A stretch of 11,971 nt of DNA, from positions 1 to 11,971 of the forward strand of contig JAWOBU010000010.1 in assembly GCA_046484135.1 (NCBI GenBank). The letters are read 5' to 3'. This document shows positions 5,655-11,971 of this stretch, one piece after another; the stretch's first letter is position 1, and every line of letters begins with the position of its first letter. The notes beneath the pieces are model-generated. The model made no database searches, had not been told where the DNA came from, and saw nothing but the letters and a program-made list of their open reading frames with translations. This DNA comes from a bacterium. Its GTDB lineage: Bacteria; RBG-13-61-14; DATKZS01. Made by a program: the position numbers and the translations under genes.

Positions 5655-7742
5655 ATGAAGAGGTTTTTGTCCGCGGTTTTATCAATCGGCTTTTTTGTGG
5701 CGTGTCTTTGGTCTGTACCGGTGTATGCTCAAGAGGAAGCTTATGAGCTCGAGCCCACGGTGGTGGAAGAAGAAGCAGCGCCGGAAAGCGGCGTAAAAGT
5801 GGAAGAAGACAAGACCATAATCGAGCTTGACGAGCGCTCCACTGCCTCGCGCGAGCAGACCGTGCTGGATGTGCTGGAAACGGTACCTGGAGTTGACCTG
5901 GCAAGGGGAGACCCGGCGAACTCCGACAGAGAGGATGCCGTCCGGCTCCGGGGGTTTGACGGCACGCGCTACCAGGTTTTAATTAACGGCCGGCCGGTCA
6001 GGAACGCCGGGGGCATGGGTTTCAACCTGGTGGACTGGAACTCCTTGACCTTGGAGAATGTTGACAGGATCGAAATACTTAAAGGCTCTCATTACGCCGA
6101 GTATCCGGGCTCCATGGGAGGTTACATCAACATTATCACCAAGACGGGTACGGACGGGGAGGACATGATTCCGGAGGCAGAGGCGTATGCGGATTACTCT
6201 TCTTACGACACCCAGATGTACGGGGTCCGGGCTGCAGGCAACATTAAAGACTTCGGCTACTCCATTGCCGGGGGCTATCGTTCTTCAGAAGGATACCTTC
6301 GCAACAGCGCCTACAACATGTGGGACATGGCCTTGCGGGTGTCATATCAATTGCCTACTGACGGCACCATCAGCGCGGGCTACAAGTTAAGCCGGCAGGA
6401 CAAGGAACTCTACGTGATGAACGACGAAGACCGTCCGAACGGCGCGGAATACGACGATGACTGGCCCGAGGTCGAGTCGGGCGCCATGCCCATTGATTAT
6501 TACTACAGCGACGATCACGACAACACCTTTGAGAGGACCAGTGAATATTACGATGTTACCTTCAAGCAGCCGTCCCCGATAGGTGAGTGGAGGGTCACCT
6601 GGTATAAGAACTGGGAGGACAAGTATCAACAGACCTGGCAATGGGGTATGGTCTCTCCTCCTCCCGCGCCTACCTATGGAAACTACGAGAACGAGTGGGA
6701 CTTCGTCGTAACCACATACGGGCTTATCGTGCAGGACCGGTTTACCCTGTTTGAAGACCACGACATCCTGGTCGGCTTTGATGCAAACGACATAGGAGTA
6801 CGGTATCGGCTGGAGACGCCGCTTCGTACCTCGACCGGCGATGACCTTCGCAGAATCCGTTCCCGCGGCTACTACATAGAGGACGAGTACCAGGCCACCG
6901 ACAAGCTCACCATTGCACTGGGGGCCCGCTACGACTACATCGAGATGCACTGGACCGGCAATAAAAACTACCTCTTCCAGTGGTCTCCCAAATCAAGATG
7001 GACCTATCGGTTCAGCCCGGATACCACCGGCTTCGTGTACGTCAGCAAGGTCTTCCGGATGCCGGTATGGCAGGAGTACAACAGCATGGGCTACGACACC
7101 GGCCAGTACCTGGACAAGGAGACCGGCATGCAGTACGAGGGAGGAGTAAACCATACCATAAACGAGTCCCTCGAGATGAAGGTTTCTTACTACTACTACG
7201 ACATAGAAAACTACATAGCCTCAAACCAGGTCCTGAACGCCAGATCGGCCGATATGAAAGGAAGGCTGGAAGACGCGGTGTTTAATATTGACCGGGCCAT
7301 AGTCCACGGCGGCGAGTTCGAGGCCAACTTCGACTTCAAGGACCAGCTCAGCGGCTATATGGCCTATACCTACCAGGACCACGAGTTGGTAGCGGTGCCA
7401 GTACCTGATGACGAGTACTTCGTGGACTTGCAGGAGCTTCCACGCCACAAAGCCTACGCCGGAGTAAGATGGGACGCCCTGGAAAACACCGCCCTCCTTA
7501 CCGATGTAAGATGGGTGGACGCAAGAGAAACCCGGATTGAAGATTATACCGGAAATATCAAAACCAAGGACATCGAAGCCTTCACCACTGTTGACCTGGG
7601 AGTCGAGCAGAGCTTCATGGAAGACAAAATCATCCTGAAAGGCTATGCCAATAATGTGCTGGACCACGATTATGAAGAAAAATGGGGCGTACCTGCGCCG
7701 GACGCCACTTATGGCGTAAGGCTTACGGTTAGAAACTATTAA
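5655..7742 (+). CDS. TonB-dependent outer-membrane receptor, 695 aa (substrate unknown; Ni/Co complex or tetrapyrrole by context)
   Basis: Strong RBS AAGGAGGAG. Signal peptide ending VYA|Q. TonB-box-like LEPTVVE. Plug motifs DVLETVPGV, VRLRGF, VLINGRPV, VDRIEILKG and GGYINIITK. Barrel motifs LGARYD, FRMP and NNVLD, and an amphipathic terminal strand ending in an aromatic residue (YGVRLTVRNY). Confidence 0.95.
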   Translation: MKRFLSAVLSIGFFVACLWSVPVYAQEEAYELEPTVVEEEAAPESGVKVEEDKTIIELDERSTASREQTVLDVLETVPGVDLARGDPANSDREDAVRLRGFDGTRYQVLINGRPVRNAGGMGFNLVDWNSLTLENVDRIEILKGSHYAEYPGSMGGYINIITKTGTDGEDMIPEAEAYADYSSYDTQMYGVRAAGNIKDFGYSIAGGYRSSEGYLRNSAYNMWDMALRVSYQLPTDGTISAGYKLSRQDKELYVMNDEDRPNGAEYDDDWPEVESGAMPIDYYYSDDHDNTFERTSEYYDVTFKQPSPIGEWRVTWYKNWEDKYQQTWQWGMVSPPPAPTYGNYENEWDFVVTTYGLIVQDRFTLFEDHDILVGFDANDIGVRYRLETPLRTSTGDDLRRIRSRGYYIEDEYQATDKLTIALGARYDYIEMHWTGNKNYLFQWSPKSRWTYRFSPDTTGFVYVSKVFRMPVWQEYNSMGYDTGQYLDKETGMQYEGGVNHTINESLEMKVSYYYYDIENYIASNQVLNARSADMKGRLEDAVFNIDRAIVHGGEFEANFDFKDQLSGYMAYTYQDHELVAVPVPDDEYFVDLQELPRHKAYAGVRWDALENTALLTDVRWVDARETRIEDYTGNIKTKDIEAFTTVDLGVEQSFMEDKIILKGYANNVLDHDYEEKWGVPAPDATYGVRLTVRNY

Positions 7743-7770
7743 TCAAGAAATTCGCTCCCGGAGTAAAGTC

Positions 7771-8664
7771 ATGAAAAAGAAAAAGCTTGTGGCCCTGTTT
7801 CCGGCAGTTGCGGTCCTGTTTCTTGCTTTAATCATCTCGTGCAACAAAAAGGAGCCGGACCAGCCTGCCCCGGAAAGAAGCGATCTGCCGAAGCACGGAT
7901 TCTACCTCGTAGGAATGGGACCCGGCGACCCTGATCTGGCGACCTTGCAGGCGGTCAACACTGTAAAAAAAGCCGACCTGGTCATCGGAGTCTCCTCTCA
8001 CCTCGAAAGGTTTTCGCACCTTGTAGAGGGCAAGCAAAAGATGAGTTTTCCCCCGCCCGCCTTTGTCTGGTTTGGTTACGGTCATTCAGAAGCCGACTTT
8101 AAGGGCAAAGAGCTCCAGAGATTTCGGAAAGCAAAAAAGTCCCGCCGGAAAGTTGTAAAAGCCATCAGGGAAGCGCATCGGCAAGGCAAAAAGGTGGTTA
8201 TCCTGGACAACGGCGACCCCATGATCTACGGAAGATGGACCTGGGCGCTTACCGAGCTAAAAGAGCTGGATCCCGAAGTCATACCCGGCCTGAGCAGCTT
8301 TAACGCCTCTCAAGCGGTCATAGGCAAAGAAGTTGTCTGGACCGGCCTTTCCAAGACAGCCATCCTGACAGCCAACGACTTCGCTTCCGGTAAAGACACT
8401 ATAGAAAATTTGGCCCGTCATCAGGTTACCATGTTCGTCTACACCATGGGCCTGTCAATTCCCGACTTGGCGGACAAGCTGGAGGAATACTATCCGCCCG
8501 ATACGCCCATAGCCATAATCTGCTATGCAGGATATCGAGACAAGGAGTATGTAATCAAGGGCACTCTTGCGAACATCCGCCGGAAAACCAGCGATCAAGA
8601 AATACCTTTCGAGCACCTCGTTATCGTGGGAGAAAACCTGGATTTTCAGTGGAAGAAAAATTAA
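7771..8664 (+). CDS. Tetrapyrrole (corrin) methylase-fold protein, CobM/CbiF-like, with lipoprotein signal peptide, 297 aa
   Basis: FYLVGMGPGDPDLATLQAVNTVKKADLV, GDPMIYG, VIPGLSSFNA and YPPDTPIAII are class III SAM-dependent methyltransferase motifs. The N-terminus MKKKKLVALFPAVAVLFLALIIS|C has a basic n-region, a hydrophobic h-region and lipobox IISC (Cys24, 7840-7842). Confidence 0.88.
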   Translation: MKKKKLVALFPAVAVLFLALIISCNKKEPDQPAPERSDLPKHGFYLVGMGPGDPDLATLQAVNTVKKADLVIGVSSHLERFSHLVEGKQKMSFPPPAFVWFGYGHSEADFKGKELQRFRKAKKSRRKVVKAIREAHRQGKKVVILDNGDPMIYGRWTWALTELKELDPEVIPGLSSFNASQAVIGKEVVWTGLSKTAILTANDFASGKDTIENLARHQVTMFVYTMGLSIPDLADKLEEYYPPDTPIAIICYAGYRDKEYVIKGTLANIRRKTSDQEIPFEHLVIVGENLDFQWKKN

Positions 8665-8718
8665 CAGGGCCTTTTTGACTACATGGCCTGAAGAAATCGC
8701 AATACAAGGAGAGTACAA

Positions 8719-9495
8719 ATGAAAAAACTATTCCCCGCAATGCTCGTTTTAATGGCGTTTTTGACTGTGTCCGTGTCCGCCAAGGCCCACATGCTGTGGC
8801 TGAACGCTGATAACTATACACCGGCAATTGGAGAGGACGTTTACATACAAGTGGGCTTCGGACACGAGTATCCCGTCCACCAGCACATAAAACCCGATCG
8901 TATCCGCCGCATCTATGTCATCGCTCCAGACGGCAAAGAGATCGAGCTCCAAAAAATCTTTACCTCGGTTTACAAGTTCACTCCGGAGAAAGAAGGGACC
9001 TATATAACGGTAATGCAGTACAAGAAAGGTTTCATGACCATAACCGAGGACGGCAAGCACCTTCTTAAGTCTAAGGAAGGCGTGGATAACGTTAAAAGCT
9101 CCTTTCAGTACATCATCAACGCCAAGGCGCTGGTGATGGTGGGGGGCTCGGACAAGGGCGCTTCCAGGAAGACGGGAGTGCCCCTGGAGATAATTCCCCT
9201 TACCAATCCGTCCGCACTTGAAGAAGACAAAAGTTTCAAGGCTAAAGTCCTCCTTAAGGACCAAGCCCTTTCCGGAACTATGGTGGAACCGGTGCATACT
9301 TTCGAAAATCATGAAAAAGACGCGAAATGGGAAGATAGCGTGATTACAGATAAAGAAGGAGAGGTTGAGGTAAAGATCAATGCCGCCGGGCAGTGGACCC
9401 TTAAAACCGACTACAGCCTGCCGTATCCGGACAAGAGCAAAGCGGACGAATATCAGTACGCCACTACCATTACCTTCGGCGTCCCCCGCCGATAG
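8719..9495 (+). CDS. DUF4198-family periplasmic protein (associated with Ni/Co uptake), 258 aa
   Basis: RBS AAGGAG. Signal peptide ending AKA|H-M-L-W-L, then GFGHEYP, AKALV, GVPLEIIPLTNP, KVLLKDQAL, TDKEGEV, GQWTL and YATTITF, which is the characteristic DUF4198 motif series. Confidence 0.85.
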   Translation: MKKLFPAMLVLMAFLTVSVSAKAHMLWLNADNYTPAIGEDVYIQVGFGHEYPVHQHIKPDRIRRIYVIAPDGKEIELQKIFTSVYKFTPEKEGTYITVMQYKKGFMTITEDGKHLLKSKEGVDNVKSSFQYIINAKALVMVGGSDKGASRKTGVPLEIIPLTNPSALEEDKSFKAKVLLKDQALSGTMVEPVHTFENHEKDAKWEDSVITDKEGEVEVKINAAGQWTLKTDYSLPYPDKSKADEYQYATTITFGVPRR

Positions 9496-9511
9496 AAAGG
9501 ACCCGGGACAG

Positions 9512-10411
9512 ATGTTTAAAAAATCATCGCTCTTGAATGTCGTGAGATTAGCGGCGGTTTGCGCCTGTACCGTCCTGATGGCGGCCATTTCTCCCTCTCT
9601 TTTGATCGCAGGTACAGACAAAGGAGAGCTGTATCTGGCGGGAATGGGGCCGGGAGATCCGGAGCTCGCCACAGTACGGGCCATGAAGGTTCTGGAAGAA
9701 GCGGACGTGGTCATCTGTAACACCGGCGTGAAAAAACGGTTTTCATCCTACCTCCAGCAAAAGCACCTGATAATGCCTGAAGAAGGAGTACAGGTCTGGC
9801 AGGGCTACGGCAAGAAAGAGGCTGATTTCAAAGGCAAGGAACTTGAGATGTGGAAGGCCGCGAAGGCGGAAAGGACAAGGATTATAAACAGGACCGAGCA
9901 CGCCTTGAAGCAGGGAAAGATAGTAGCTTTCCTTGCCGGCGGAGACCCGTTTATCTACGGCCCCTGGGGATGGGTGATGGAAGAGTTCCAGGCCTGGGAC
10001 CCGGAGGTGGTGCCGGGCATGAGTTCTTTTAACGCGGCTAATGCGGCCCTGGAAAGAGGCCCCACCTCCGGGAAACACACCAAATCGGTAATCATCACCA
10101 TGCCCGACATGCCTTACATGGACAATAGAGAGAGCATAGAAAACCTGGCACGCCACCGGGCCACCATGGTCATTTTTATGCCCACGGTGGGCGGGTATAC
10201 CCTGGCCGACCATGTTAAAACCCTCTCCCGCCATTATCCGGCGGACACGCCTATCGCCTTGGTCTGTCACGCCGGCTTCGAAGACCGGGAAGAGCTGGTG
10301 GAAGGCACTTTAAAAAACATAGTGGAAAAAGTTGAAGATCAGGACCAGACGTTTCTCCATCTTATCTATGTCGGCGATTTTCTTAAGCACGAGAATAAGG
10401 TCACTCGTTGA
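9512..10411 (+). CDS. Second tetrapyrrole methylase-fold protein, CobM/CbiF-like, with probable signal peptide, 299 aa
   Basis: LYLAGMGPGDPELATVRAMKVLEEADVV, GGDPFIYG, VVPGMSSFNAA and YPADTPIALV. ATG at 9512 lies 16 nt after the DUF4198 stop. The N-terminal ~33 aa (MFKKSSLLNVVRLAAVCACTVLMAAISPSLLIA) is basic then hydrophobic. Confidence 0.88.
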   Translation: MFKKSSLLNVVRLAAVCACTVLMAAISPSLLIAGTDKGELYLAGMGPGDPELATVRAMKVLEEADVVICNTGVKKRFSSYLQQKHLIMPEEGVQVWQGYGKKEADFKGKELEMWKAAKAERTRIINRTEHALKQGKIVAFLAGGDPFIYGPWGWVMEEFQAWDPEVVPGMSSFNAANAALERGPTSGKHTKSVIITMPDMPYMDNRESIENLARHRATMVIFMPTVGGYTLADHVKTLSRHYPADTPIALVCHAGFEDREELVEGTLKNIVEKVEDQDQTFLHLIYVGDFLKHENKVTR

Positions 10412-11787
10412 TGAACGGCAATGAGCCCGGCCTTGCCAGAAGGATAGGACTGTTCTCAGCCGTCATAGTAGTCATTGCCAACATGGTGGGAACCGGCATC
10501 TTCACCACCTCCGGCTTTATTATCGAGGAGCTGAAAGACCCCCGAGCCATGCTGCTCTGCTGGGTTGTCGGAGGAATTTTCGCTCTGAGCGGCGCCCTGT
10601 GTTACGGAGAATTGGGAGCGATATTTCCGCGCGCCGGCGGAGAGTATGTTTTCTTGAAAGAGAGCTTCGGAAAATCGGCGGGCTTTCTCTCCGGTTGGAT
10701 ATCGCTGATCGTCGGCTTCTCCGCTCCTATTGCGGCCGCGGCCATGGCTTTCGCCAACTACGGCTTCCGGACTTTCCATATCAAAGATACCTGGCAGCTC
10801 GATCTGTTTTCCGTTGCCGGGCACGATCTCCACTTCTCTCCTTCTATTCTGCTGGCCATCGCCGTGATCCTTATTTTTTCACTTGTTCATCGGAGAAGTT
10901 TGGACACCGGCAAAAAGGTCCAAAACGCCCTCACAATTTTTAAGTTAATCGTAATCGTGGCCTTTATAGCAGGGGGATTTCTTGCGGGGAGCGGTTCCAT
11001 CGAAAACTTCAATGGAGAACTCATCTCCTCCAGGGTCTTCTCCCGGGAGTTCGCCGTATCACTTGTGTTTATAACTTTTGCTTACAGTGGATGGAACGCC
11101 GCCGCCTACTTGGGAGGCGAGATAAAGCGTCCCCAGAGAAACATTCCCCTTTCTTTATTTATCGGGACTTTACTGGTCATTCTTTTATATCTTCTTTTAA
11201 ACGCCGTTTTTATATATGCCCTGCCGCCGAAAGAGATGAGCGGGATCATGGAGGTGGGCACTGCAGCGGCAATAGCCTTGTTCGGCGAAAAGTCTAATCC
11301 ATACTTCAGCGGGGCAGTGGCGCTTTGCCTGCTTTCGGTGTTAAGCGTAATGATCTTGACCGGCCCTCGCGTATATTACGCTATGGGTCGCGACCGCGTC
11401 TTTTTTAAAGTATTCGGCAAGGTGGATCCCGCAAGCAAGACCCCACAACACGCCATATATCTTCAGGCCGCCGTGGCCGTACTCATAGTAATTACCACTT
11501 CCTTTGATCTCCTTCTTCTCTACATCGGCTTTACGCTGGCGCTTTTTTCAATGCTCACTGTTGGAGGATTATTTATTATAAGATTCAAAAAACCCCACTT
11601 AAAATCCCCTTACAGGACATGGGGATACCCTTTTACGCCCCTGCTCTTCATCACGGGAAATTTATGGATCATCTACTTTTCCATAATCTCAAAGCCTGTC
11701 GTTGTCTTATTCGCCTTGGCCACCATTCTTTCCGGCCTGATCGTCTACCTCGTCTTTACGCTAATAAATCCGGCTCTTCAGGATTAA
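10411..11787 (+). CDS. APC-superfamily amino acid permease (LAT/SteT-like), 458 aa
   Basis: TM1 motif NMVGTGIF, YGELGAIFPRAGGEYVFL, TM6 FAYSGWN, GPRVYYAMGRD, PYRTWGYP, and about 12 hydrophobic segments. The ATG overlaps the upstream stop (TGATG). TTG 10408 is an alternative start. Confidence 0.95.
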   Translation: MNGNEPGLARRIGLFSAVIVVIANMVGTGIFTTSGFIIEELKDPRAMLLCWVVGGIFALSGALCYGELGAIFPRAGGEYVFLKESFGKSAGFLSGWISLIVGFSAPIAAAAMAFANYGFRTFHIKDTWQLDLFSVAGHDLHFSPSILLAIAVILIFSLVHRRSLDTGKKVQNALTIFKLIVIVAFIAGGFLAGSGSIENFNGELISSRVFSREFAVSLVFITFAYSGWNAAAYLGGEIKRPQRNIPLSLFIGTLLVILLYLLLNAVFIYALPPKEMSGIMEVGTAAAIALFGEKSNPYFSGAVALCLLSVLSVMILTGPRVYYAMGRDRVFFKVFGKVDPASKTPQHAIYLQAAVAVLIVITTSFDLLLLYIGFTLALFSMLTVGGLFIIRFKKPHLKSPYRTWGYPFTPLLFITGNLWIIYFSIISKPVVVLFALATILSGLIVYLVFTLINPALQD

Positions 11788-11807
11788 GCGTACTTTCGAG
11801 CTTAGGC

Positions 11808-11971
11808 CCCTGCGTACATGAAGAGCTGGTCGAGCTCAAGAAGTTCCCCAAACCGATAAGGCAGGTCATTATCAAGGGCACGGGGCGAGAGAAGCCGAGC
11901 TTCTTGATCAGCAACGATCATGAGCGGGAGACGGAGATGTTGGTGGGCGACTACTCCCGCCGCTGGCGTGT
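11808..11971 (+). mobile_element. 5'-truncated IS4-superfamily DDE transposase fragment, runs off the window end
   Basis: Manual translation: PCVHEELVELKKFPKPIRQVIIKGTGREKPSFLISNDHERETEMLVGDYSRRWRV. The L-I-S-N followed by Y-x-x-R-W-x-V pattern is the start of the YREK motif region preceding the catalytic Glu. There is no start codon or RBS between the APC stop and this fragment. Confidence 0.8.

Noticed and set aside
7771..10411. Borosin-type RiPP N-methyltransferases, or a true cobalamin biosynthesis cluster
   Set aside because: The motifs are GMGPGDP and GDPxIYG (CobM-like) rather than the borosin GxGI and YGHP pattern. No precursor peptide and no other cob/cbi enzymes are present.
1..11971. 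CRISPR array, tRNA, rRNA or intrinsic terminators
   Set aside because: No regularly spaced repeats, no recognisable structural RNA genes, and no convincing GC hairpin plus U-tract after either module.

Overview
Genomic window from a diderm bacterium; gene content suggests an anaerobe such as Desulfobacterota/Deltaproteobacteria (inference). It is bounded at both ends by 5'-truncated DDE transposase remnants (1-340 minus strand; ~11808-11971 plus strand). Left module: a membrane-anchored transglutaminase-like protein (492-2051) coupled to an ABC ATPase (2048-2827) with no permease in the window. Right module: a tightly packed 8-gene plus-strand operon (3347-11787) encoding ExbB, ExbD, TonB, a TonB-dependent receptor, a CobM/CbiF-like tetrapyrrole methylase-fold lipoprotein, a DUF4198 periplasmic protein, a second methylase-fold paralog with a signal peptide, and an APC amino-acid permease. 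Its near-consensus sigma70 promoter is overlapped by a GTGCTA(T/C)-N13-GTGCTAC repeat resembling deltaproteobacterial NikR operators, and there is no room for a cobalamin riboswitch. The main candidate for an undescribed system is this operon: two normally cytoplasmic, SAM-dependent corrin-methylase homologs appear to be exported and sit in a probable Ni/Co uptake operon, with an APC permease where an ABC/ECF transporter would be expected. All family assignments come from motif reading, not database searches.
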